From the IMG/VR virus record IMGVR_UViG_3300023174_000046, positions 124,001-188,000 of that record: 64,000 nt of DNA; one strand, written 5' to 3'. Position 1 is the first letter of the stretch, and the number at the start of each line of letters is the position of its first letter. The notes below the pieces were generated by a model, which was not told where the DNA came from, searched no databases, and saw only the letters and a program-made list of their open reading frames with translations. Below are positions 31,309-40,084 of this stretch, in pieces. A program made the translations under genes and the position numbers.

Positions 31309-32723
31309 ATAAAAGCATAGTTATTTTGGGTGGCGGTACTGCTGGTTGGATGAGCGCGCTTTTCTTTAAGAAAGCATACCCCCAATCAAAAGTTACTGTA
31401 GTTGAGTCCGAAGAGATAGGTATTATAGGCGTGGGCGAAAGCACCACACCGTATTTTATAGAAATGTTAGATTTTCTTGATATAAATGTTTTAGATATTT
31501 TAAAAGCAAGTGATATCGCTTTTAAAACAGGTGTAAAATTTGATGGATGGGGTAAAAGTATTTTCTACCACCCTTTTAATCTGAACGATGAACACTATAA
31601 TCATGATACTGCTCTTATTCAATACTATTTGAAAAATAAAGATACAAATGTGTTTAAAACATTAAACCCGTTAGTAACAATTACTGAACAAGGTAAGATT
31701 CAAAAAATTAAAAAAAACCTTCCACATAACGATTTTGCGGTTCATATTGATGCTTGCAAAACAAGCATTGCTTTAAAAAGTATTGCTCTCTCACGAGGCA
31801 TTCAGCTTGTACAGGGTGTAGTTGGTAGTGTAGAGGTAAAAGATAATAACGTTGCTTCTTTAATCTTAAATAGTGGGCATAGAGTTTGTGGTGATTTCTT
31901 TGTAGATTGTTCAGGATTTAATAGGGTTCTTGCAAATAAGTTCAATATTAAATTTTTAAAATTTAACGATTTATTGACAAATACAGCTATACCTTGCCCT
32001 ATTAAGAAGACTTTTTTTGAACCATATACAACCGCAAAAACCTTGAATTATGGCTGGACATGGAAGATACCTACACACTCTAGAACAGGTACCGGTTATG
32101 TTTTTTCAAGAGATTACACTGATATAGATAGTGCAAAAAAAGAATTTTATACATATTTGAAAACTGTTACAGATGAAGAAATTAACCTAAATAAAATTAT
32201 CTTTTTTGAAACTGGGACTCTTGAAAAAATTCATTTTAATAATGTATTAGCTGTTGGGTTAGCGTCACATTTTCTTGAACCACTAGAAGGCACATCTCTC
32301 GCTATATCTGCGATTATATTATTTGAGTTTATCAAACAAAAAGAAGGCTTTAATAGTAAAATACTACAAAAAATTTTACAGATAAAAGACTTTATTGTAT
32401 TACATTATTTAACTAAAAAAACACAGAGTAATTTTTGGTTGGACGCAAGCAAAAAAGCAAAAGAAAATAATTTAATTCAAAAACTCCTGTCTAGCAAAAC
32501 ATTAAATTTTGATTTATTTAAAGACAATGATTATTATTTTAGCTTTTTAAATCATCTCAACTTTTTACAGAATCTCGATGCGGTTGATACCAACACAAGT
32601 GTATCAACAGAACGCTATAAGACTGATTTTAGCTATATTAAGCTTTTAAAGTCTAAGGCATGGCATTACAGTCATGTTAAAAACGCTGTAGATTATAAAA
32701 CATATTACGAGCAGTTTCTATGA
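31305..32723 (+). CDS. Flavin-dependent tryptophan halogenase-family protein
   Basis: GGGTAGW, IGVGEST, DCSGF, WTWKIP (WxWxIP), FLEPLE. Confidence 0.9.
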   Translation: MNKSIVILGGGTAGWMSALFFKKAYPQSKVTVVESEEIGIIGVGESTTPYFIEMLDFLDINVLDILKASDIAFKTGVKFDGWGKSIFYHPFNLNDEHYNHDTALIQYYLKNKDTNVFKTLNPLVTITEQGKIQKIKKNLPHNDFAVHIDACKTSIALKSIALSRGIQLVQGVVGSVEVKDNNVASLILNSGHRVCGDFFVDCSGFNRVLANKFNIKFLKFNDLLTNTAIPCPIKKTFFEPYTTAKTLNYGWTWKIPTHSRTGTGYVFSRDYTDIDSAKKEFYTYLKTVTDEEINLNKIIFFETGTLEKIHFNNVLAVGLASHFLEPLEGTSLAISAIILFEFIKQKEGFNSKILQKILQIKDFIVLHYLTKKTQSNFWLDASKKAKENNLIQKLLSSKTLNFDLFKDNDYYFSFLNHLNFLQNLDAVDTNTSVSTERYKTDFSYIKLLKSKAWHYSHVKNAVDYKTYYEQFL

Positions 32724-33397
32724 AGATATTAGAAGAAATAGACCGCAAATATAGTTTTGATAAACTTAAAAAAGTTATTGACGAGTTTGGTCTCTGCCCT
32801 AACTGGCGAGCAATTTTGGATAACAATAAGTCTATTAATTTAGAGTATAAAGTATTACTTTTTTACAAAAAAATCTTTCTTAAATATAAAATTGATAAAA
32901 CTAAAAATATTTTAGATGTAGGGTCAGGGCTCTGCCACAATTACATGATCAGCAATATAATTGGAGCAAAATGTACCTGTCTTGAAAAAATACCATGCTC
33001 CACAGGCACAGATGAAAGCAATCTGTACGCATTATTTCATAAAATTTTAAATATAGAGTCAACACTTTATTATAACATTAATTCACCCAACGTTTCTCTC
33101 CCAGGAAAATTTGATTATATACTATTACTCAACCAGACTTTCGATGAAAAACAAAACGCTAATGGTGATATAACTGTGTGGAGCATTGAGGATTGGGAAA
33201 CGTTTATTAAAAACCTGAACATCAACTTAAACCCTGGTGGCAAGATACTTATCAATTGGACGTTGCAACAGTTAAATGATGTGCATGAAAATGACCCGCT
33301 TTATACTAGCAAAAATGGAAAGATTGTTAAGTATCAGCACAATAAAAACTTTAAATTTTTTAAAAAACACCCAGAATTTAATGTGAGGTTTATATAA
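32720..33397 (+). CDS. Class I SAM-dependent methyltransferase
   Basis: ILDVGSG, FDYI, LNPGG. Confidence 0.8.
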   Translation: MKILEEIDRKYSFDKLKKVIDEFGLCPNWRAILDNNKSINLEYKVLLFYKKIFLKYKIDKTKNILDVGSGLCHNYMISNIIGAKCTCLEKIPCSTGTDESNLYALFHKILNIESTLYYNINSPNVSLPGKFDYILLLNQTFDEKQNANGDITVWSIEDWETFIKNLNINLNPGGKILINWTLQQLNDVHENDPLYTSKNGKIVKYQHNKNFKFFKKHPEFNVRFI

Positions 33398-33400
33398 TAC

Positions 33401-33634
33401 ATGGATATTGAATTGTTTGGATGGTTTTCTACATTCTTTCTTTGGGGTGCTGCTCTACCCAAGCAAAGGCATGTATTGCATCTCTGTACAGCCATAGCAG
33501 CTTTGTCTCGTGCGGTCTATATTATAACCTTGTACCTGGGGCCTACAGGTAATCTCGCTAGGCCATTGATAATAAATTGGATAGCGCTATTTGTTATTCA
33601 CCTATATCAGTACTTTGTATATAAAAATAAATAA
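33401..33634 (+). CDS. Small membrane protein with about 3 TM segments
   Basis: Hydrophobic segments; ELFGW start; within the operon. Confidence 0.55.
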   Translation: MDIELFGWFSTFFLWGAALPKQRHVLHLCTAIAALSRAVYIITLYLGPTGNLARPLIINWIALFVIHLYQYFVYKNK

Positions 33635-33637
33635 TAA

Positions 33638-33826
33638 ATGGTAAGTTTGAGTGCAATTAACGATTTTTTTGATCTGTCTAAACCATGCCCCTCAGAAATA
33701 AAAAGATGTCGACAACTTAGAAACGATTACCGACTTGAACTTCGAAATATGAAGCAATGCACAAGCTGTGCAACACGAGTAGTAAAAAACGTTTATATTA
33801 ATAAAATAAATCAATGCTCGAATTAA
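33638..33826 (+). CDS. Small Cys-rich protein, paralogue 1
   Basis: FFD..PCP..I..C..LR.DY..EL...C..C pattern shared with the next ORF. Confidence 0.7.
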   Translation: MVSLSAINDFFDLSKPCPSEIKRCRQLRNDYRLELRNMKQCTSCATRVVKNVYINKINQCSN

Positions 33827-34017
33827 CTAAAATAGAAAGGTTTTTTGATATGAATCAGCCTTGCCCGTCAGATATACCTGATTGTGAACAACATAGAAAA
33901 GACTATTTAAATAAATTAGAAGAATTGAAAAAACAAAACGGTTGCAGTCCTTGCAAGATGCGAGGGATCAGAAACCATTATCTTCAAATTATTACAGGAG
34001 CGTATGGAGCTAAGTAA
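33814..34017 (+). CDS. Small Cys-rich protein, paralogue 2
   Basis: FFDMNQPCPSDIPDCEQHRKDY...GCSPC. Confidence 0.7.
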   Translation: MLELTKIERFFDMNQPCPSDIPDCEQHRKDYLNKLEELKKQNGCSPCKMRGIRNHYLQIITGAYGAK

Positions 34018-34333
34018 TTTTATAATAGGGTTTTTATCGACAAGTAGTTTACTGCTACTTTGGTTTTATTCTTCTTTAAAGATTACTTTAGCAGAAATCT
34101 TTTTTAATGAGAAAATTACAAATAATGATCAATTTGAAGACTTAATTATGATTCGTCTAAAAAATGAAAAACTATCACATTTATCAAGTTGTTATATTTG
34201 CATGAGTTTTTGGACATCATTTCTTGTAGGATGTCTTTTAACGTTTTTGGGTAGCCCCAACTATACCCCTGTCATTACATTCTTGACTTACCCCTGCTTG
34301 TGTTATATAATGAAGAAATATGTCTTTGATTGA
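34004..34333 (+). CDS. DUF1360-like membrane protein
   Basis: TM segments with SCYICMSFW (CxxCxSxW). Confidence 0.6.
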   Translation: MELSNFIIGFLSTSSLLLLWFYSSLKITLAEIFFNEKITNNDQFEDLIMIRLKNEKLSHLSSCYICMSFWTSFLVGCLLTFLGSPNYTPVITFLTYPCLCYIMKKYVFD

Positions 34334-35096
34334 TAGCAAAGTGTGTATCCTGGGGGATGGGTTCGTTGGCCAATCTCTAAAGAAAGCACTACAAAAATGT
34401 CATGATGTGGTTCTTCTTGGACCTCAAGAAGTGCCTGTACAGAAGGCTTTTGATGTCTGTTTTATTTGTGTGCCTACAAATAACACAAACAGTGTTACTG
34501 ATTTATCAAATATAGAAGACGCTTTTCACAAGATAAAGAGCAATCTATATATTATTAAGTCTACTGTGCCAGTTGGTACTTGTAAAGAATTGACTGATCG
34601 CTTTAAAGTAGATATAGTTTATTGTCCAGAATTTTTAAGTGAATCAACATACCACAATCCAACTAATTGTGCAGGCAATTTACTTGAATGGCCTTTTTTC
34701 GTTCTCGGTGGAAACAACGGGCCTGTTGATAATGCATATAATTTTTTATTAGAAATTTTTGGTCCCTGCAAGTCTTACTCTTTTGCTACTTTTGAAACTG
34801 CAGAGCTTTTTAAGTACACAATAAATTTATTCTGGACGTTTAAATTATCTTTTTTTAATAGCATATTTGATGTCTGTGCTGATTTTAATGTAGATTACAA
34901 AAAATTAAGAGAATTGGTACTTTTAGATAAACGTATACACCCGCTTCATACCGCTATTTTTAAAAATAAGAGAGGTTTTAGGGGAAAATGCTTGCCCAAA
35001 GATCTTGAATCCTTTGTATCACAAATAAAAAACAAACAAAGCAAAGATTTATTTGCTATGATTCAGCAATATAATAACCTTTTTATTAAAAAATAA
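34320..35096 (+). CDS. UDP-glucose/GDP-mannose dehydrogenase-family protein (short form)
   Basis: GDGFVG, FICVPT, IKSTVPVG, PEFL, AELFKY..N, GFRGKCLPKD. Confidence 0.9.
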   Translation: MSLIDSKVCILGDGFVGQSLKKALQKCHDVVLLGPQEVPVQKAFDVCFICVPTNNTNSVTDLSNIEDAFHKIKSNLYIIKSTVPVGTCKELTDRFKVDIVYCPEFLSESTYHNPTNCAGNLLEWPFFVLGGNNGPVDNAYNFLLEIFGPCKSYSFATFETAELFKYTINLFWTFKLSFFNSIFDVCADFNVDYKKLRELVLLDKRIHPLHTAIFKNKRGFRGKCLPKDLESFVSQIKNKQSKDLFAMIQQYNNLFIKK

Positions 35097-35132
35097 TATT
35101 GCATTTCTATCTTTCCAATTTAATATAACATT

Positions 35133-35333
35133 ATGTTTAAGTACAAAGCGGTGATCAAGGATAACTATTTAACTAAAACAAGAAATAAGTATGTACATGC
35201 AGCCAACAGCCTTGATGCACATAAATTTGCGCTTTATACAGTTAACCTTGCAAAAGAAGACATCATCAAAATTCTAGATGAAGATGGTGGCACGGTTTAT
35301 TCTGTTGCAAAAGGTTTCATACATAAGCATTAA
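35133..35333 (+). CDS. Hypothetical protein
   Basis: ORF directly behind a sigma70-like promoter. Confidence 0.55.
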   Translation: MFKYKAVIKDNYLTKTRNKYVHAANSLDAHKFALYTVNLAKEDIIKILDEDGGTVYSVAKGFIHKH

Positions 35334-35336
35334 TAT

Positions 35337-35537
35337 ATGAGCGATGTTGAAATAAATCTTGCTGATCTCAAAGCTGTGGTTGATATCATTAATTTGATGG
35401 CATCCCGAGGAGCCATTAGAGGTCAAGAGCTGGCAGTAATTGGTGGTGTCTATAATAAATATTCATACGTCATTGAAAAAATCAAAGAAAAGCAAGACAG
35501 TCCTAGGCCTGGAGTTGAATCAGATTCAGCGAATTGA
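35337..35537 (+). CDS. Hypothetical phage protein
   Basis: LADL..V..II..SRGAIRG.EL..IG.VY motif seen in T4-like phage hypotheticals. Confidence 0.6.
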   Translation: MSDVEINLADLKAVVDIINLMASRGAIRGQELAVIGGVYNKYSYVIEKIKEKQDSPRPGVESDSAN

Positions 35538-35709
35538 TGATAAAAGCGTTGAAGTCAATTTCTCTATTACCCATGATGTTGAAGAGCTTTTTAAAAACGT
35601 ATACAAGCTCCATAAACTTACTGATAAGCAGTTTTGCAAAAAGATCGGTTCTATAATTGTTGAATATGTTGAAGAAAAATTGAATGAAAAGTATAGAGAT
35701 AGAAGTTAA
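35515..35709 (+). CDS. Hypothetical protein (start uncertain, TTG at 35515 likely)
   Basis: Fills the gap between neighbours; the longer 35440 start overlaps the upstream gene heavily. Confidence 0.4.
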   Translation: MNQIQRIDDKSVEVNFSITHDVEELFKNVYKLHKLTDKQFCKKIGSIIVEYVEEKLNEKYRDRS

Positions 35710-35896
35710 AGATTCTTACAACGACAAACAAAATCTTATTGTCAAAATTGACGGTAAAGAGGTTGGTATCTTATACATTGACGAAGATCAGAAGTTTGAT
35801 TTACTTAAGATTCTACGCAGAGGCAAAGATGAAGACACTGAATTAATTGAGCCTCAAGAGCTGGACGACCTTGATGAAGACGGTGAAGAGTATTAA
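35684..35896 (+). CDS. Small acidic hypothetical protein
   Basis: ORF with an acidic C-terminus, tightly packed. Confidence 0.55.
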   Translation: MKSIEIEVKDSYNDKQNLIVKIDGKEVGILYIDEDQKFDLLKILRRGKDEDTELIEPQELDDLDEDGEEY

Positions 35897-35903
35897 ATAA
35901 TAA

Positions 35904-36716
35904 GTGTTTAAGTATATAGTAGGTTTTTCATCGTTTCTCATAGCATCTATTGCCGCATATTTTTCAATAAAAGGCATATCTTTACTGTTCGCAGGTAGTT
36001 TTTGGCCTGTTGTTTTGATGGCCGGTTCTCTTGAAATTGGCAAGCTTGTTGCAACCAGTAGCTTATATCGGTATTACCATGAATTGAATGGTTTTATTAA
36101 AACATACCTATTTACTGCTATAGCTGTTTTAATGATTATTACTAGCTTGGGCATATTTGGGTTTTTATCCGATGCATTTTATAGAAGTAAAATCAAGTCA
36201 GAAACCATGTCAGCTAAAGTTACTTTTGCTGAAGAAAAGAAAATTACATTGCAGCAGAAATTTGACTACAATAAAGAAAGAGTCAAAACATTATCAAATA
36301 TTAGAACATCGCAAGAGGAGAGACTCTCTTCAACAACCAAACAAAATACAAGTACGCAAAAAAGCGGTCTTTTTGGCACAGACCAATCAATAGATGCAAA
36401 TGCTCTTAAGAGTAAAACTAAAATTCTCGAAAACGTAAGTGAAGAAATAAAAACTGCAAACTTACAGATTGATGAGCTTAATAAAGAAAACGGTGGCATA
36501 ATGAATGAGCTAGAATCACTCAATTCGCAACTATTAGCGCTTAAACAGAATGAAAGCAAGGAATCAGATATTGGCACTTTCAAGTTTATTGCAAAATCAT
36601 TTAATCTTGAGTTGGATGTAGCTGTAAAATACTTCATCATATCACTAGTGTTTGTATTTGACCCATTAGCAGTAATCTTGTTGATAGTTTTTAACTCTCT
36701 AATAAAAAAAAAGTAA
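35904..36716 (+). CDS. Membrane protein (3 N-terminal TMs, coiled coil, C-terminal TM) ending in a slippery A9 run
   Basis: AAYFSI.G, SLEIGKLV, TSLGIFGFLS, VFVFDPLAV; ends ATA AAA AAA AAG TAA. Confidence 0.85.
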   Translation: MFKYIVGFSSFLIASIAAYFSIKGISLLFAGSFWPVVLMAGSLEIGKLVATSSLYRYYHELNGFIKTYLFTAIAVLMIITSLGIFGFLSDAFYRSKIKSETMSAKVTFAEEKKITLQQKFDYNKERVKTLSNIRTSQEERLSSTTKQNTSTQKSGLFGTDQSIDANALKSKTKILENVSEEIKTANLQIDELNKENGGIMNELESLNSQLLALKQNESKESDIGTFKFIAKSFNLELDVAVKYFIISLVFVFDPLAVILLIVFNSLIKKK

Positions 36717-36742
36717 TATTTGACGAAGAAATAATTGTACTG

Positions 36743-37129
36743 GTGCCTTCACCAACACCGACTGTCACTCCGACGCCCACAGTAACGCCAACTTTAACTG
36801 TAACTGCTACGCCTGCTCCCACTATGACTTCAACCCCTACGGCCACATATACTCCACCACCCACACAAACGCCAACCGCTACCAGTTTTTCTACACCCCT
36901 TCAAGTAGATGAAATGAAAACTACATCAAATAGCAGACTAGAAGGCACCATATATTGGAGTAAAATGAAATGGGATCTGCCTACATTGACGCCTACACCA
37001 CAGGCACAAGAAAGTGAAAAAATAGAACAAAAAGAAATAAATAGTGAAAATTTTATTCGTATAACCGACAACACCCCATCAGTATTTGATAGTAAAAACA
37101 AGCTGTCATATTTTAAAAAGATTGATTAA
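36743..37129 (+). CDS. Pro/Thr mucin-like ORF, probably the -1 frameshift extension of the upstream membrane protein
   Basis: -1 frame open from 36710 (AAA GTA ATA TTT GAC GAA...) through the PT repeats. Confidence 0.6.
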   Translation: MPSPTPTVTPTPTVTPTLTVTATPAPTMTSTPTATYTPPPTQTPTATSFSTPLQVDEMKTTSNSRLEGTIYWSKMKWDLPTLTPTPQAQESEKIEQKEINSENFIRITDNTPSVFDSKNKLSYFKKID

Positions 37130-37137
37130 ATATTATT

Positions 37138-37368
37138 ATGATTGGAAGCGATGCATTTACAAATGGCATTGCCATTTGCGAAGAGTTTTCTCGCCATACA
37201 TATGGCGACAAAGAGAATCAATCTATGCTTGTCAATGTTTCACATGATTGGGTTGATAGCTTAATAAACAGAATGTCAAGAATTGGTTTCAAATTAATTA
37301 CAAAGATAGAGATGGACATGACAACCACGGTCGTCTTTAGTTTGGTCAAGCTTAAAAAATCTGCTTGA
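37138..37368 (+). CDS. Hypothetical late protein
   Basis: TAAATA 5 nt upstream of the ATG. Confidence 0.55.
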   Translation: MIGSDAFTNGIAICEEFSRHTYGDKENQSMLVNVSHDWVDSLINRMSRIGFKLITKIEMDMTTTVVFSLVKLKKSA

Positions 37369-37397
37369 ATTATAGAATCTTATATTATCATTAGTAG

Positions 37398-38096
37398 GTG
37401 ATAGAATTTAATAAAGCACTTCATGCCTATACAAATGTCCATACAGGCGCAAATTACTTCTCTGTAACAACTGTAATTAATTCTTTTAAAGAGCCTTTTG
37501 ATGTTGATAAATTTTCCAAGCTTGTAGCTGCAAAAGAAGGTGTAACACAAGATGAGATCAAGAAGAGATGGAATACTGTAAAAACAACTGCGTGTGACTT
37601 TGGCACTGATTCACATTCAAAGATTGAAGAGCATATAAAATCTGGTGGTGAAAAATTTAAGGATGATGAAATGGTTATTAAGTTTCTGGAGATATCGGAT
37701 CTGAATATTGATAAAGTTAAGAGTGAAACACTTGTACATAATAACGAATACAGAATTGCTGGTACAGCAGATTTTATTGTTGATCAGGGCAAAACGTTTG
37801 ATGTGTATGATCTCAAGACCAATAAGAATTTCAGACAATCCTCAAAATATAACAAAACTTTACTGGCGCCTCTGACTCATTTTAGTGATTGTGAATACAA
37901 TGCATACTCACTTCAAATTTCTACCTATGCTTATCTCTACAGTACCATGACAGGCAAGAACGTTAATAGCTTACGTTTATTTTGGTATGATAAACAGAAA
38001 AACGTGTTTTCTCGTTACGATACACCTTATCTGTATACTGACGTGAAAAACATGTTAGAAGCATTTAAAGCCAAAGGTTTTACATTAAAGAAATAA
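37398..38096 (+). CDS. Cas4-like/PD-(D/E)XK exonuclease
   Basis: SVTTVI, GT..H..IE, E...IAGTAD, DLKT, YSLQISTY. Confidence 0.85.
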   Translation: MIEFNKALHAYTNVHTGANYFSVTTVINSFKEPFDVDKFSKLVAAKEGVTQDEIKKRWNTVKTTACDFGTDSHSKIEEHIKSGGEKFKDDEMVIKFLEISDLNIDKVKSETLVHNNEYRIAGTADFIVDQGKTFDVYDLKTNKNFRQSSKYNKTLLAPLTHFSDCEYNAYSLQISTYAYLYSTMTGKNVNSLRLFWYDKQKNVFSRYDTPYLYTDVKNMLEAFKAKGFTLKK

Positions 38097-38104
38097 ATAT
38101 TAAT

Positions 38105-38287
38105 ATGCCAAGCAGTAAACCAACACCCAAACCTACACACAAGGTTATTGATTCAAGTAACAACAATAAAGAATTGGCTAAAAAAGCCATATATAACGGT
38201 GATATGAGTCATATCATTCATTACTGCAAGCTCCGTGGTATTAAACTAGAAGATTACCTAGGAACATCTGAAGTAGATGATAAGTAA
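38105..38287 (+). CDS. Small hypothetical late protein
   Basis: TAAATA upstream; directly precedes the portal gene. Confidence 0.5.
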   Translation: MPSSKPTPKPTHKVIDSSNNNKELAKKAIYNGDMSHIIHYCKLRGIKLEDYLGTSEVDDK

Positions 38288-38300
38288 TTTAACTTAATTT

Positions 38301-40076
38301 ATGGCAACAGAAGGCTCAGGTGGATTCGGAAGACAACTATATAAGTTTATTAGCAATAAACTGCCTTATACTTCTTATAATATTCTCGATAAATTTGATG
38401 AGTTGAACCCAAAGTTTAAATTGTTCCACGATCAAGGAACATCCAGGCAGGAAGCTTTGCAAAGACAGAGCATTTCTTCTTCTACAAGTTACGGTGATGA
38501 TCAAGTTGCGAATGTGATGCGCGAATCGCAATTCTATCAATACATGTACGCAAACGTACAAACTGATAAACCTAAGCGCATGATGGATTACAGAATCATG
38601 GCAGCATTTTCAGAAGTTGCAGATGCATTGGATGAGATTTGTGATGAGTGTGTTAATAAGAATGATAAAGGTGAAATTGTTAAACTTACTTTTAATGTTT
38701 CAGAAGATTTTGAAGCAACAGTAAAGGAAAGTCTTTCACGTGAATTTGACCGCTACATCAATTACTTTAACCTTGAAGCTAATGGTTGGGAATATTTTAG
38801 AAGAATGCTTGTTGAAGCTGAGTTATATTTTGAGCATGTTATTCATAAAAGATTTCCACAAGAAGGTGTTCTGGGTGTTGTATCTGTTCCAAGTGAATTA
38901 ATTGATCCTATCTTTTCTAATGTACAGAACATGCTTGTAAAGGGCTTCTTGCTTAGAAAGCCAATCATGGATCCACAAAATCCTCTTAAGATTAAAGACT
39001 ACAAGATGATCCCGATGGACAAGAATCAGATAACATATATCAATTCTGGTATATGGAACGAAAATAAGACGCTCCGTCTTCCATTCATTGAGAATGCTCG
39101 TCGTGCTTATCGTCAGTTATCTTTGATTGAAGATTCAATCGTAATTTATAGATTAGTTAGAGCACCAGAACGTTTGATCTTTAATGTGGATGTGGGTAAC
39201 ATGTCGCCACCAAAAGCTGAGGCTTATCTGCGCAAGCTCATGAGCAATTATTGGTCCAAGAGAACATTTGATATTGACCAGAGTGCAACTGTGCAGAAGT
39301 TTAACCCACAATCAATGTTGGATAGCTTCTGGTTTGCCAAGCGTGCTGGCAGCGATGGTACCAATGTTACCTCGTTACCTGGTGGTCAGAATCTCGGTGA
39401 GTTGACTGACTTGATGTACTTTGTTAAGAAACTCTATAAAGCTCTTAAAGTACCAACTACAAGATTGAATCCAGAAGATCAATACCAAGGTGGTGAAAAT
39501 ATTCTTCGTGAAGAGTTAAAGTTTGCAAAATTTGTTGTACGGTTGCAACAGAGATTTGCTTTAGGTTTGAAGAACGGTTTTATTACACATCTAAAGCTTA
39601 AAGAGTTGTGGGACAAGCATAAACTCAAAGAACATCACCTCGATCTCACTTTTAACCCACCATCTAACTTTTATGAACTCAGAGAACAACAGAAACTCGA
39701 ACTCAAAGCTAAGACATTTAATGATTTCTCTCAAAACGATAGTGTCTCAAAGACTTACGCACAAAAGCGTTATCTTGGATGGACTGAGAAAGAAATTATG
39801 GCTAACCGTGAATTCTTACGTAAAGATAAAGAATTCTCATGGGAACTTGCACAAATTGAAGCAGCAGGTCCAGCATGGCAAAAAGCTATTGCAGCAGGTG
39901 GCGAGCCAGCGGCTGCAGAAGGTGGTGCTGAAGCCGGTGGTGGTGCGCCTCCCGCGTTTGGACCAGGTACTGCAGCTGTCAGTGGCGGGGCAGAAGCAGG
40001 CGCGGCTCCTGAGGCTCCAGCAGCTGGTGCAGAAGCAGGTGCGGCCGCAGCAACTCCTGAAGCACCTGCAGCATAA
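38301..40076 (+). CDS. gp20: T4-like portal vertex protein gp20
   Basis: YR.MA..EV.DALDEI, QLSLIEDSIVIYRLVRAPERLIFNVDVGNMSPPKAEAYL, LPGGQNL, KKLYKALKVP, REELKF. Confidence 0.97.
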   Translation: MATEGSGGFGRQLYKFISNKLPYTSYNILDKFDELNPKFKLFHDQGTSRQEALQRQSISSSTSYGDDQVANVMRESQFYQYMYANVQTDKPKRMMDYRIMAAFSEVADALDEICDECVNKNDKGEIVKLTFNVSEDFEATVKESLSREFDRYINYFNLEANGWEYFRRMLVEAELYFEHVIHKRFPQEGVLGVVSVPSELIDPIFSNVQNMLVKGFLLRKPIMDPQNPLKIKDYKMIPMDKNQITYINSGIWNENKTLRLPFIENARRAYRQLSLIEDSIVIYRLVRAPERLIFNVDVGNMSPPKAEAYLRKLMSNYWSKRTFDIDQSATVQKFNPQSMLDSFWFAKRAGSDGTNVTSLPGGQNLGELTDLMYFVKKLYKALKVPTTRLNPEDQYQGGENILREELKFAKFVVRLQQRFALGLKNGFITHLKLKELWDKHKLKEHHLDLTFNPPSNFYELREQQKLELKAKTFNDFSQNDSVSKTYAQKRYLGWTEKEIMANREFLRKDKEFSWELAQIEAAGPAWQKAIAAGGEPAAAEGGAEAGGGAPPAFGPGTAAVSGGAEAGAAPEAPAAGAEAGAAAATPEAPAA

Positions 40077-40084
40077 ATAATTAG

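Noticed and set aside
23402-35096. DNA hypermodification cluster
   Set aside because: No base hydroxymethylase, thymidylate synthase homologue, deazaguanine genes or DNA glucosyltransferase recognised; the GT families are glycan-type. It cannot be excluded using genes outside the window
37398-38096. CRISPR-Cas system suggested by the Cas4-like nuclease
   Set aside because: No repeat-spacer array or other cas genes; solo PD-(D/E)XK nucleases are common in phages
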